Below, in pieces: positions 35,666 to 49,091 of a DNA stretch of 50,414 nucleotides (position 1 is the first letter of the stretch; the number at the start of each line of letters is the position of its first letter). Both the position numbers and the translations under genes were made by a program. Source of the DNA: Octopus bimaculoides (Eukaryota); contig NC_069002.1 of assembly GCF_001194135.2 (NCBI RefSeq), positions 28,945,718 to 28,996,131 on the forward strand. Direction: 5' to 3'. The notes beneath the pieces are model-generated. The model was not told the DNA's origin, did no database searches, and saw nothing but the letters and a program-made list of their open reading frames with translations.

Positions 35666-37516
35666 ACAACACTAAGAGTAAAAGATGTTTTATATGACAC
35701 ATTCTACTAGNNNNNNNNNNNNNNNNNNNNNNNNNNNNNNNNNNNNNNNNNNNNNNNNNNNNNNNNNNNNNNNNNNNNNNNNNNNNNNNNNNNNNNNNNN
35801 NNNNNNNNNNNNNNNNNNNNNNNNNNNNNNNNNNNNNNNNNNNNNNNNNNNNNNNNNNNNNNNNNNNNNNNNNNNNNNNNNNNNNNNNNNNNNNNNNNNN
35901 NNNNNNNNNNNNNNNNNNNNNNNNNNNNNNNNNNNNNNNNNNNNNNNNNNNNNNNNNNNNNNNNNNNNNNNNNNNNNNNNNNNNNNNNNNNNNNNNNNNN
36001 NNNNNNNNNNNNNNNNNNNNNNNNNNNNNNNNNNNNNNNNNNNNNNNNNNNNNNNNNNNNNNNNNNNNNNNNNNNNNNNNNNNNNNNNNNNNNNNNNNNN
36101 NNNNNNNNNNNNNNNNNNNNNNNNNNNNNNNNNNNNNNNNNNNNNNNNNNNNNNNNNNNNNNNNNNNNNNNNNNNNNNNNNNNNNNNNNNNNNNNNNNNN
36201 NNNNNNNNNNNNNNNNNNNNNNNNNNNNNNNNNNNNNNNNNNNNNNNNNNNNNNNNNNNNNNNNNNNNNNNNNNNNNNNNNNNNNNNNNNNNNNNNNNNN
36301 NNNNNNNNNNNNNNNNNNNNNNNNNNNNNNNNNNNNNNNNNNNNNNNNNNNNNNNNNNNNNNNNNNNNNNNNNNNNNNNNNNNNNNNNNNNNNNNNNNNN
36401 NNNNNNNNNNNNNNNNNNNNNNNNNNNNNNNNNNNNNNNNNNNNNNNNNNNNNNNNNNNNNNNNNNNNNNNNNNNNNNNNNNNNNNNNNNNNNNNNNNCC
36501 AGGAATCGAAACCACAATCTTACGATCATGGTGCTGACACCCTAACCACTAAGCCACGCACCTCCCACATATAATTTTTATACAATACTATATAAATTCA
36601 TAGCGTCCCCAATCCACTGCCTTCTTCCCAATGCCTCCTTTCTCTCTACCCCCAACCTCACACCAATCCCTTAGACACCAGTGCCCACCGGCGGGGGGGG
36701 TGGGGTAGTGCCCCCTTTAAGAACCTATATTGTAAAGCATAATAATACAAGAAGTTCTTTAATTGGAGTTTTGGGGGTAAGGGTTTGGATGATATTTGGG
36801 GTTTGGCAGAGGTGAAAAATAGTGTATATTTAATGGCATATGTGACACATTTCGGGAATGTGATTTTATCTGACAGAAACCAGTCTCTTGCTTGTCAAAG
36901 GTGTATATACATTTAGTATGATACACATATGACTAATTTAAAACTGCTACGATTGCACACACACACACCAACAATGGTCGAAGAAGCCACCACATGAGGT
37001 AGTCATAGTAAACAAAACAGTTCAGTCTCGCAATGTCTATTGACACTTCTTGACGTTTTGCTAACAGGTTTTAACTATTTCTTCCTCATTTCTATAGTGA
37101 CATTACTATCGATAGAGCTCTGAGATATGCCTTCACATATCAGAGAAAAGAAAAAAATATAAACATTAGACAGGAGGCGGGGACCCTATCAGACAAAGAG
37201 AATCTGTGGTTAATATAATGTTGACAAGATGACATCAATTTTTCTGCTTAATCAGGACAAAACTAGAAAAGATTGAATGATTTTGTCAATTGAAAATCAA
37301 TATACTACCATGTGTTGTATACGTCTTGTTGTATATGAATGCATTTGGGTCATGACATTTTTATATTTAGATGCATGTTTGTATGTGCATATGAGGGTCT
37401 GTGTGTGCACACATGGGCCCGCGTGTGCGTACAAGTGTCTGTGAGTGCGGACAAGTGTGTATATAAATAATTCATGTGATACGTATATATATATATATGT
37501 AAATATATATTATGCA

Positions 37517-37534
<18 letters not shown>

Positions 37535-37563
<29 letters not shown>

Positions 37564-38060
37564 GAGTGAGTGAGTGAGTGTTTATATATATATATATATT
37601 TGTGAGTGAGTGAGTGAGTGTTTATATATATATATTTGTGAGTGAGTGAGTGAGTGTTTATATATATATTTGTGAGTGAGTGAGTGAGTGTTTATATATA
37701 TATATTTGTGAGTGAGTGAGTGTGTTTATATATATATATTTGTGAGTGAGTGAGTGAGTGTTTATATATATATATATATATTTGTGAGTGAGTGAGTGAG
37801 TGTTTATATATATATATTTGTGAGTGAGTGAGTGTTTATATATATATATTTGTGAGTGAGTGAGTGTTTATATATATATATTTGTGAGTGAGTGAGTAAG
37901 TGAGTGAGTGAGTGAGTGAGTATATATATATATTTTTATGAATGAGTGTGTGTATGTATATTTGTGTTAGTGAGAGTGTGTATATATATATTTGTGAGTG
38001 AGTGTGTGCATGTATATTTGTGTTAGTGAGATTGTGTTATATATATATATATATATAGTG
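37535..38060. repeat. Higher-order compound microsatellite: [(TA)n TTTG (TGAG)n TGTT] repeated about 11 times
   Basis: Read directly. Confidence 0.95.
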
Positions 38061-38719
38061 TGTATGGCAGACTGACACTGAGTAAGTATGCATAATGTCT
38101 ATGTATGTATGTACACACGTCTTATATATCCAGGTGAATGAACGAAGCCATGAGATATGCAACCTTGATACCTGAATATACGAACACAATCAAGTCAGCT
38201 GTTATGTGTGTCACTGTGTTCTTTGTGCAAGTAAAAACTAACAACAACAACAACAACAACAACACAAACCTTGTTGTGAAATAATTGACATAAATTCTAT
38301 ATCGACTGGTACGTCTGAACTGAACTAAAACACGCCCTCATTCAATATTCTTTACTCAACCATTAATATCCACCCACTTCTACAACAAGAAAACAAAAGT
38401 GGGGGGGGGGGGAAACACCAGCAATAGCACAAGAGTTAAGCTCTTAAATTTTTACAACATAATAAAAATGGATAAGAGTAAATAAAAAAAATAACACATA
38501 TACACTAAAAATGAGACCTAAAATAATACTTTAGTTATATGCAAAGTTCTAAGCAAAATCGTGGCTCTGTAGTTTAGAAGTTTGTTTTGTAATGATATTG
38601 TTTCCGGTTCTAGTCTCCCTGCAGAACACTGGGCAAGTGTTTATTAAAATAGTTATAGACTAAGAAATTCTTTCTAAGAGGATTTTGGTAGACAGAAACT
38701 GTATGGAAGCCCAACATAT

Positions 38720-38950
38720 ATATGTGCATGCATACACGTGTGTGTATACTTGAGTGCGTGTGTATATGCACATATGCATGCATCTGTGTGTGCCTGTGTG
38801 CATACACGTGTGTGTGTGTGTGTATACTTGCGTGCATGCATGTATGCACATATGCATGCATCTGTGTGTGCCTGTGTGCATCTTTGTGCTTGTGCCTAAA
38901 CTTGTGCTTGCATCTCCGCATTTGCGCATGCACCTGCACATCCCTGTGTG
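38720..38950. repeat. Alternating purine-pyrimidine tract with an internal duplication of about 80 bp
   Basis: ATGCACATATGCATGCATCTGTGTGTGCCTGTGTGCAT occurs twice. Confidence 0.85.
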
Positions 38951-39018
38951 CGCTCATTATTCTCAAACAAAATTATAATAAAAAAACATAGAAAAGGAAA
39001 AAAAAAATTTGAAAATAC

Positions 39019-39080
39019 CTTGTTAACCAATGGAATGACATCTTATTTATAAAGGAACTTGTATCTTCAGGACAGGGGTT
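39019..39080 (-). CDS. ABCC1: MRP exon E6 (62 nt, 0/2): NPCPEDTSSFINKMSFHWLT(R)
   Basis: Hand-translated; L0 motif NPCPE; the same 62-nt size as the vertebrate ABCC1 exon. Confidence 0.95.
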
Positions 39081-39109
39081 CTAAAAGAAAAAAAAGAGAA
39101 ATTAAAGGA

Positions 39110-40062
39110 ATAATAATAATTTTGGCATAAGGACAGCAATTTGGGAGGAGTTGGGGTAAGTTGATTACATAGATCCCAGTGTTAAACTGGGGCTTATTTT
39201 ATCAACCATCAAAGAGATGAAAGGCAAAGTTGATTTAAGGAGAATTTGAACTCAGAATGTAAATGTGGACGAAATGCTGCTCGCCATTTTGTTCGACATG
39301 CCCACAATTCTGCCAGCTCCCCACCTTAATAATAATTCTTTCTAGCATAGGTATAAGGACTGAAATTTTGTAGGGATTGGTGCTCAACCGGTACTTATTT
39401 TAACCCTGGAAGAATGAAAGGTAGAACTGACCTCACTCGCATTTGGTAAGGATAATTTCAATTTTGGCACAAGGCCAGCAAGTTTTTAGAGGGATAAAAG
39501 CCAATTACTTTGACCCCAGTACTTGGCAAGTATGTTTTGGTTTAACACGCCCAAAAGGATGGAAGAAATGCCACTAAGCATTTCGTCCAATATGTTGAGG
39601 ATTCTACCAGCTCACTGCCTCCAACAGGTATTAGATGAGGAAAGCTGTGAAAACAAGTGATTAGGGGTCACTGATAAAGAAAGTAAGTTTAATCAAAGAG
39701 AGTTTTGGAAAGGTTACAGTGACATGTTGATGGTTCTGCTTGTTCACCACCTTTTAAAATTCATGATTTCTGTTTTAGTCATAAGGCCATCAATTTTGAA
39801 GGGAGAGATTTAGTCTATACTTTTGATACCAGTGAAGGTGCATGGCTCAATGGTTAGAGCTTCAAGTGCACAATCAGCAATTTCAAGGCATGGGAATATG
39901 ATTACATTGACCTCAGTGTTTGACTGGTACTTACTTTATTGACCCCTAAAAAAATTAAAAGCAAAGACAACTTCGGCAGAACTTCAACTCAGAATGTAAA
40001 GACAGACGAAATGCCGCTAAGCATTTTGCCTGGCGTGCTAACGATTCTGCCAGCTCACCGCC

Positions 40063-40094
<32 letters not shown>

Positions 40095-40550
40095 CTTTTC
40101 TGCTCTAGGCACAAGGCCCGAAATTTTTAGGGAGGGGGCTAGTTGATTAAATCGACCCCAGTATACAACTGGTACTTAAATTATTGACTCTGAAAAGATG
40201 AAAGGCAAAGTCAATCTTGACGGAATTTCAACTCAGAATGTGAAAACAGACGAAATACCGCTAAGCATTTCGCCTGGCGTGCTAGCGATTCTGCCAGCTC
40301 ACCGCCTTAATAATAATAATAATAATAATCCTTTCTATTAAAGGCTCAAGGCCTGAAATTTTGAGGGGGAAGGGATTAGTTGATTACACTGACCCCGGTG
40401 TTCAACTGGTACTTAATTCATTGACCCCCCAAAAAGATGAAAGGCGAAGTCGATCTTGGTGGAATTTGAACTGAGAACATGAAGATGAATGAAATGCCAC
40501 TAAACATTCCACCTGGTATGGTAATGATTCTATCAGCTTGCTGCCTTTTA
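39110..40550 (-). mobile_element. Head-to-tail cluster of at least 5 SINE family C copies separated by (AAT)n
   Basis: Units of about 240 bp, e.g. 40065-40310 and 40310-40547. Confidence 0.88.
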
Positions 40551-40620
40551 ATTAGAAATAATAGTAATAATGGTAACAGTGGCAAAATATCAAAGAATAT
40601 TACTTGAGGAGTTTACTTAC

Positions 40621-40770
40621 AGCAGAAAGATCTTCATTGGAATGTAATTCATAGTAACCTCGGCTATCGTATGAAAACTTTTCAGCAAAGCAAAACAAAA
40701 TCAATTCCAATGCTGTCAGTCCAAAAGTGAGGCACATCATGATAAACCTAAATAAATTTGTGTTGTAATC
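40621..40770 (-). CDS. ABCC1: MRP exon E5 (150 nt, 0/0): DYNTNLFRFIMMCLTFGLTALELILFCFAEKFSYDSRGYYELHSNEDLSA
   Basis: Hand-translated, not in the ORF track; acceptor tttcag, donor gtaagt; TM5-like LFR...CFAE. Confidence 0.9.
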
Positions 40771-43199
40771 CTGAAATATATAAAAATGGAACTGGATTAT
40801 AATGGATTACAATAATTCTGGAATAAAGGAGAGGAGTTATAGAAAGAGCTTGAGGGCTGAATGAGCCATAGCACTGGAACAGACAGGTAAGTAAATCAAA
40901 GACACAGAATTCTAAAATAGAAGGAAGGATATGAAAATCAGGACTTTGGGACAGAAGGGAAAGGTTCAAAAATATGAAACAAGATATTTCTTCAGTGCTG
41001 AACCACATGTTTACAGGTTCAGTCTCACTGTGTGGCACTCTGGACAAGTGTCTTCTAAACTTTTATAGCCCAGGGTTGACCAAATCCTCACGAGTGGATA
41101 TGGTAGACGGAAATTCAAAGAAGCTCATTGTGTGTGTGTGCACATGCATTTTAATGTTTGTTTTTATGTTAAGTTAAAAATCACAGTATCATGGTATTGA
41201 CCAGACAGTTGGATGTTGTACATCACTAGTCACAATGCACTTTGCATTGTTTTAGCCTTCAAATGATGCCACCATACTGGTTAGGCATGCCGGCCAACAC
41301 TTCCCTTGATTGGAAGACTATTTTGTCACAGTGTTACTTATTCACAGCTGAGTAGACTAGAGAAATGTGAAATACAGTCTTTTGCTCAAGAACACAATGC
41401 ATCACCTAGTCTGGGAATTGAACCCATGATCTACCAATCACAGGTGCAATACCCTAACCATTTGGCCAATTTAACAAACTTAAGAATAATACATTTTTTT
41501 GTAGAGAAAATGTTTATTAAACTTTAAGAAAAGGAACGAAAGTGACTTCAAAGTTTTGGTCCACTAGCCTTCATTAGACTGCGCTGGGCATTTCTTTTGG
41601 CTTTACATAGTCTTTAATAAGTTGTTTTTCGAGGGTACGTGGAGCTATGTGTGTGTGTGTGTCTTTGTCCTGATAACATGTGATGTCTGTAAGTGAGTGT
41701 TACCATCAGAGAAGCAGTTTCATTCCGTTTCAGTCTTCTATAAAAACATGTTGCAGGCGTGGCTGTATGGTAAGCACATTGCTTAACCATATGGTTCTGA
41801 GTTCAGTCCCACTACATGGTATCTTGGGCAAGTGTCATCTACTACAGTCTCAGGTTGACCACAGCATTGTGAGTGGATTTGATAGATGGAAACTGAAAGA
41901 AGCTTGTCGCATATGTATGTATGTGTGTGTGTGATAAGAAGTTTGCTTCCCAGCCACATGATTCCAGGTTCAGTCCCATCCAAAGCCTGGTGAGTAAATC
42001 TGGTAAATGGAAACTGAAAGAAGCCCATCGCATTTGTGTGTGTGTCACTCGCCACCTCTTGACAACTGGCATTTACATTCCTATAAATTGGTTGGCCTGA
42101 GGCTATTAGAAGAAACTTGCCCAAGATGCCATACAGTGGCACAGAACCTAGAACTATGTGGTTGGGAAGCAAACTTCTTACCACATGGCCATACCTTCAT
42201 GAAAAAGATTCTATGAGCAGTAAATGCTTTAGAACACCTAAACTGTTGCAAAATGAGCAGAGATGAATTCTACAGTAAAGGTTAATTGTGAAAAGCAAAT
42301 AAAAGTACTGAGATTGTGGTTCTAAATGCCAAATAAGAATAGCTTCTTTAAAACGTACACCTTTTTGCAGGTTTCAGTCATTGGACTGCAGCCTTGCTGG
42401 GGCACAGCCAAACTATTCATCTCAACAGTGCTCAAGAATATCTGAGTTGTGCAGTATTGAAGATTAGACTGAAGTTCCATCAGGTAAATCGGAGCATGCT
42501 CAGGCAAACTATTACACCAGGTATCATGGTCCAACAAAGTGTTGATGGGAGGGGATTGTCAGCAGAGTAACATCTCATGTCTGCTGATCGATGAAGGTTT
42601 TTGCAAATAGCTGATGCAGGTGAAATAAACATCAGAGATGTTTTGATCCACAGAGAAACCGTAGGAGCTTTTCAGAGATTTTCCAAGTTCTACTGAAGCC
42701 ATTGCAATGCTGCAAAATGTCTCGTATCGTCAGCAGGTATTTCAGGGTCAAAAGCATTTTTCTCCTTGGTATGTATACTTTACCTAAGTGGGGTAGTGAG
42801 GACTGAGCTACCTTTCACACCAATGAAAGGGTTCCACTTGTTGTCTCCTATCAAGCATAGCCATCTTGAGCTAATTTCAGCAGCCATGCCTAGTTCCAAG
42901 CTGCTTTTCTTTAGTTATTTCTGTGTGTGTGTGTATGTGTATGTGTGTGTGTGTGTGTGCGTGCGTGCGTGCGTACGTGGAATAATCAGAGATGCTTTGC
43001 TCCTCGCAGAAATTGCAGGAGTTACTCAGAAGTTTTGCAAGATCTCAATCCATTGTAATGCTGGGAAGCCTTCCATATCGTCAACAGGTGTCTCAGCGTC
43101 ACAAACGTTTCGCACCTTGGTTCTGCACTCTTCACCTGAATGGGGCAGCAAGAATCAAGCTATTCTTCTCCTATAGAAGGGCTCCATTTGTGGTCTCAT

Positions 43200-43410
43200 C
43201 AACCACAGCCACCTTCAGCTCTCCTACACATTTCCTTGATGGATTTCTTCAGTTACCAATGTTACTAACAAGTTCTAGCCTACCTCTACAGCAATGTCCT
43301 GTAAACTGCTTGAATTTCTCTCTAATGACACCAGTGATTTCAAGAGGACTATTGGTATACAGTCTTTGGTTGGTTTGATGCTTTTATCACGAGATATTCA
43401 AAACAACCCA
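43200..43410 (-). mobile_element. RTE-like LINE ORF2 C-terminal fragment
   Basis: LNIS..KHQTNQRLY....ITGVIRE....FTGHC parallels the 26730 fragment. Confidence 0.7.
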
Positions 43411-43444
43411 GGTTTAAGCATCATTAAGCCTTGCTTCCAAATGT

Positions 43445-43842
43445 TTACTCTTTTACTTGTTTCAGTCATTTGACTGTGGTCATACTGGAGCACCACCTTT
43501 AGTCGAGCTAATCAACCCCAGGACTTATTCTATGGAAGCCTAGTACTTATTCTATCGGTCTCTTTTACCGAACCGCTAAGTTACGGGGATGTAAACACAA
43601 CACCATCAGTTGTCAAGCAATGTTGGGGGGACAAACAGACACAAACATATACACACACACACATATATACATATATACGATGGGCTTCTTTCAGTTTCTG
43701 TCTACCAAATCCACTCACAAGGCTTTGGTTGGCCCGAGGCTATAGTAGAAGACACTTGCCCAAGATGCCATGCAGTGGGACTGAACCCGGAACCATGTGG
43801 TTTGTAAGCAAGCTACTTATCACACAGCCACTCCTATGCCTA
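43445..43842 (-). mobile_element. SINE family A, full length
   Basis: Close to the family consensus. Confidence 0.9.
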
Positions 43843-43929
43843 TGGTGAATCTTCAAACATCAAGTTCATACAATACCGATAATTCCAAAGTGGCACAAAA
43901 GCTGCTCCAAAGATCATCTAGCATATACA

Positions 43930-43973
<44 letters not shown>

Positions 43974-44047
43974 TCTGCACATGCATCAACAGATGGTACA
44001 ATGAGACCCAGCAGTAAAAAATATATCAATCTAAACATTTCACTTAC

Positions 44048-44176
44048 CTTCAGAATAATTTGGCTATAAAATGGAATGATTTGACAAAGGAGAGACAACA
44101 ACCAAAAGATGAATTGTACACCAGATGTTAAAAAACCAGATTTCTTCTCTATCCACACCAGAACCAGTGACAAAAT
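44048..44176 (-). CDS. ABCC1: MRP exon E4 (129 nt, 0/0), TMD0: ILSLVLVWIEKKSGFLTSGVQFIFW...IILK
   Basis: Acceptor ttttatag, donor gtaagt; E-KK-x-G-xx-SG-x-x-F-x-FW motif. Confidence 0.92.
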
Positions 44177-44614
44177 CTATAAAACAAGAATAAATTTTAT
44201 CGAATTATAATCAAAATAAATAGCACATGAAATTCAATGAAGGTAAAAGTTGCAATATGCCTGAACCCCTAATATTTACATTATTAGCAAATCTGAGGGT
44301 GGTGCTAACAATATACTGGTGCAACATTCTGGAACTTTTGGCTTTGAAGCCATTTCATATTTCTGAATTTTCCTCACCAGAATATGCCTGGATTAGATTA
44401 CTCATAATGCAAAGCTAAAGTGCTTGAATTTAACCTTAAGCACACTGCATTTTCTCTAGAATTGTCTCCCCTGCTACCACCCTGTTACTACAGGGGAGAA
44501 AACTCATATGGTGACATGATGCACCTACAGTGTGCTAAAGATTAAAAGATGACCTTAAGGTCAGTGAAGAATGAAAATGAAAAAGTTTGTAATGCACAAA
44601 TGCACAATACTTAC

Positions 44615-44743
44615 AAATGTTGCTATTCTTAGTCCATATCCGATCAGTAAGGCTTTTATATCCAAGAGGGTTTCCATTTGGTCATTGTCAAGTACAGTAC
44701 TCATATTGACTATATCGAAGGTGATTAGAAAAACTAGGAATGT
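44615..44743 (-). CDS. ABCC1: MRP exon E3 (129 nt, 0/0), TMD0: TFLVFLITFDIVN...GLRIATF
   Basis: Acceptor tttacag, donor gtaagt; hydrophobic; size and phase fit between E2 and E4; sequence is divergent. Confidence 0.8.
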
Positions 44744-45010
44744 CTGTAAATAAAAAGGAGAACATAAAAAAAAAAACGGTAGATGAATTATGCTGATGTG
44801 GTCTGGTCTGTGGTGATGACCAGTTGATGAATGAAAATATATTTCTTGGGATGCATGAAGAAGTAATTGAACAACACTCAAACATTTAACAGATTTTCAA
44901 ATCACACAAAGACAAACTGTGTTGGTCTTTTACAGATGGCAGTGGCAATAATTACATAATAGGAGTTTATGGTCAGTTGTTGATATGGCAACATGTAGCA
45001 TGCTGAATAT

Positions 45011-45398
45011 TGTTGTTGTTGGCCCTCCGTCGCTTACAACGTCGAGGGTTCCAGTTGATCCGATCAACGGAACAGCCTGCTCGTGAAATTAACGTGCAAG
45101 TGGCTGAGCACTCCACAGACACGTGTACCCTTAACGTAGTTCTCGGGGATATTCAGCATGACACAGTGTGACAAGGCTGACCCTTTGAATTACAGGCACA
45201 ACAGAAACAGGAAGTAAGAGTGAGAGAAAGTTGTGGTGAAAGAGTACAGCAGGGTTCGCCACCATCTCCTGCCGGAGCATCGTGGAGCTTTAGGTGTTTT
45301 CGCTCAATAAACACTCGCAACGCCCGGTCTGGGAATCGAAACCGCGATCCTATGACCGCGAGTCCACTACCCTAACCACTGGGCCATTGTGCCTCCAC
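45011..45398 (-). mobile_element. SINE family B, full length, with a 15-bp TSD
   Basis: TSD TAGCATGCTGAATAT at 44996-45010 and 45399-45413. Confidence 0.95.
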
Positions 45399-46843
45399 TA
45401 GCATGCTGAATATGACTGGAAACAATTGTGCTACATTCGTGGTGACAGAGGATCCTGTCATCTGTCTTAGCTGCCTTCCTGGGTTGTCTGGTTGGTAAAA
45501 ATGCATACCGTCTGGTGTGGCAAGAATGGAGACACTCATTGCTCAGCTTCCTCAATATTCTGAAATTAATTACCACCAAAAGCAGAAGATTCTCAAAGAC
45601 TGAATCACACAATGGTTTGATGCCAATTGGCTGCTTGATAGACCAATCACATGAAACTAGTGTGGTTTAGGAGTGATGTCCGACCGGTTACCTAACAGTT
45701 CAGTTTTGAATCACCACTACAATACTTTCATCACATTTTTTATAATACATTAATCAGACTGAAATTTCTCCACATCATTAGAGGAAATTTAATATATCAA
45801 AGTTTAACATCTATTTTTCCATGCCAGTTTCTGAGTAAGGTAATATTTCCTTGTGGCCAGACACATTTTTTCACAGATTAGAAATGGAAAAATAAAAACT
45901 TGACCCCTACCCCCAAATGCTTGTATAACAGCAATGCCCGTTTACAATCATGTGTACACACAAGGGTACACACAAATATACAGCTTTCAGTTTCTGTCTA
46001 TCAGATCCACTTACAAAGCTTTGGTTGGCTCAAAGCTATAGGAGAAGACACTTGCTCAAGGTGTCATGCGATGAGACTGAACTCAAGACCACATGGTTGG
46101 GAAGTATGCTACACAGCTACACCTACAAGCCATGCCTGCACCTATAATAATAATAATAATAATCATCATCATCATCGTTTAACATCCGCTTTCCATGCTT
46201 GCATGGGTTGGACGATTTAACTGAGGAGTGGCGAACCAGATGGCTTGCCCAAGGTGTCATGCACTGGGCCTGAACTGAAAACCATGCAGTAGAGAAGTGA
46301 ACTTTGAAAAAAAAAAAAAAAATCTGATATTTATCTTTTGTTTCTGTCATTGGACTGCGGCCATGCTGGAGCACTATGTTGAACTTTTTAGACCAGTACT
46401 GTTTTCTTTTTAAGCTTGTTACTAATTTTATAGGGCTCTTTACTGAACTGCTAAGTTATGAATATGTAAACACACCAACACCGGTTGTCAAGCAGTGGTG
46501 GGGAGAAACACAGACACTAAGATCCCCACCCACCACACACGAGCATTGGGCCTCATGGAGTCCTTAGGCAATATGCCATGCTTGAGTAGAAGACCCATGA
46601 AACTAAGTGAAATTGTAGTCGTAGCAGATACTGGTGTCACACAAGTGGCACCTGTGCCAGTGGAATGTAAAGGCACCTGTTACACTCTCGGAGTGGTTGG
46701 CATTAGGAAGGGCATCCAGCCATAGAAAACCACGCCAAACCAGACTGGAGTCTGGTGCAGCCTTCCAGCTTACCAGCCCTGGTCAAACTGTCCCAACCCA
46801 TACCAGCATGGACAATGGACGTTAAATGACACACACACACACA

Positions 46844-46884
<41 letters not shown>

Positions 46885-47989
46885 GCTTTCAGTTTCTGTC
46901 TACCAAATCCACTCATGAGGCTTTGGTTGGCCCAGGGTTGTAGTAGAAGACACTTGCACAAGGTGCCAAACAGTGAGACTGAACCCAGAACCATGTGTTT
47001 GGGAAGTAAGGTCCTTACCACACAGCCAAGCCTAGTAGTTATTTTTAAAGCCTGGTCCTTATTCTGTCAGTCTCTTTTACTGAACTGCTAAGCTACATGG
47101 AAATAAACAAACACTGGTTGTGTGTGTGTGTGTGTAAAATGATGAACTTCTGCAGCTTCCATCTACCAAATTCACTCGCAAAGCATTGGAAATTATGAAC
47201 ACACTAAATGTCGAGATATGAGGTACAAGCAATTCCAACGACCCAGTTTTCAGTAATGTGACAATTATAACACTTTAAAAAAGTTATATTGTTATTACCA
47301 AAGTCACTTTTTATCCACCATTTCTACAAAAGTAGCTCATTTGTTTAACTATTTTTAGAAATAGTTTGCTTGCGTTCTGTCTGTTCATCCATAACAGAAT
47401 CAGTCGAACAAATACATATTTTTGAAGCATTGTTCTACAGCCGGATGCCATTCCTGTTACTAGCCTTTATTCAAGTAAGTGATTGTTTATTTGTCTTGTT
47501 TTTATTCCATGCATCCTCGTCAGTAATGTTATATAAGTGGAATCATGGCCACATGGTTGAGAAGCTCACTTTAAAGTCATTGAATTCTGGGTTTCAATTC
47601 CAATTCACAGCACCTCGGACAAATGATGTCCACTGTCACCTCCAGGCTGACCAATGCTTTGTGAGCAAATTTGGTAGATGGAAACTGTATGGAAGCCCAT
47701 AGTGTGTGCATGTGTATGTATGTGTGTGTGTGTGTATATATACAGGGTTATTCAAACTGAATGAACCGATTTCATTACGCAATATTTTAATAAGGAAAAA
47801 CAATAGAAAACTCCAGCTAAGTCCCAAGTATTTACTCACAAGCTTCTTTTATTTCCTGTCTTACAAGTGTTCAATATGGCTACCAGCTGCAGCATGGGCA
47901 ACATCAATGTGACAAGAGAATTCCTCCCAGACACGTATCCGCATATCACGATCCACCGAGCTGATCGTTGTTGTGTGATNNNNNNNNNN

Positions 47990-48044
<55 letters not shown>

Positions 48045-48872
48045 GTATATGTATGTGTGTTTGACCAAACCCTTTAAGGTGGTGCCCCAGCATGGCCACA
48101 GTCCAATGACTGAAACCAGTAGATAAAAGGCTCTACTACAGCCCTGGGCTGGTCAAATTCTCGTGAGTAGGTTTGGCAGATGGAAACTGAAAGAGGTCTA
48201 TCATGTGTGAGTGAGTGAGTGAGTGAGTGAGTGAGTGAGTGAGTGTGCGTGCGAGTGAGTGTGCGCGTTTATCCCCTCCACTTTTAGTCCTTGTGCATCC
48301 CTCAACCTCACTGATATTCCCTATGTCACTAGTGCAATCAGGCAAGCATTACCATGAAATTTGAAGTCTCCAGACTTAAAATGCACCAAAACTGTGCTGC
48401 AGTCTGATCCTCATGGCTGATGAGAGGACTCCCATGTTTATTTGCCATTTCACCTTCTGCATTAATTGTTTCCAGGCCCCATTTTGAGTATTTCATATGG
48501 TGGTGGTCATGAGGAAGAAAGGGTAGGTTATAATTTTCTTCTTAGGGTTTTATGAAAACTAATTTAGTCACAAACGCTGTCATTTGATTTGGATATTAAC
48601 CTTTCTGATACCATGTTTCTGTTGGTATACATTGCTTTTATTTTAATTAATTATAAAAATAATAATTTAGTAAATCACACATCAAGTTGGTGATTGGAAC
48701 TTAATTTAACCCTTCTGTTATCATGTTGCAACTGAAATACCGCCTTTGATTAAATTATGAAAATAAGAAAATATTTAGTAAAACAACTTTGCTATTATTA
48801 AGCTAATGTTTGGAACACAAATGGTTGGAACACAAGATACAATTTTGATGGGAGATTTTAATTTAATCACTT

Positions 48873-49091
48873 TAACCCTTTAGCATTTAAACCGGCCATA
48901 TCTGGCCCAAATATTCTATTTGTTTTATGCCTGAACAAGTCAGTTTTGTCCTCTCACACCTACCCTACAATGTCATTCTGAAAATATACAATCACATCAT
49001 TGAGATTTCAAGGATGTAAGATGATTAATTAAAAACAATGTGAATAAATAAGTACTACATTTGACAGAATAATCTGACTACTAAAGGGTTA
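48873..49091. mobile_element. TAACCCTTTAGCATT...TAAAGGGTTA MITE nested in a related MITE; other copies near 12089-12300, 26447-26660 and 33005-33185
   Basis: Short TIRs and dispersed copies; the host MITE sequence lies on both sides. Confidence 0.8.

Noticed and set aside
36965-37130. Minus-strand text ...YDYLMWWLLRPLL resembling the L0 FWW motif, as an alternative E6
   Set aside because: No phase-compatible acceptor; the candidate phase-2 donors create TGA when joined to E7
38610-38991. His/Cys/Val-rich ORFs
   Set aside because: Translations of CA/TG microsatellite-like sequence
47860-47979. CpG-containing segment with a GTAAGA donor as a candidate E3 or alternative first exon
   Set aside because: A better E3 exists at 44615-44743; the phase does not fit and the 5' side is lost in a gap
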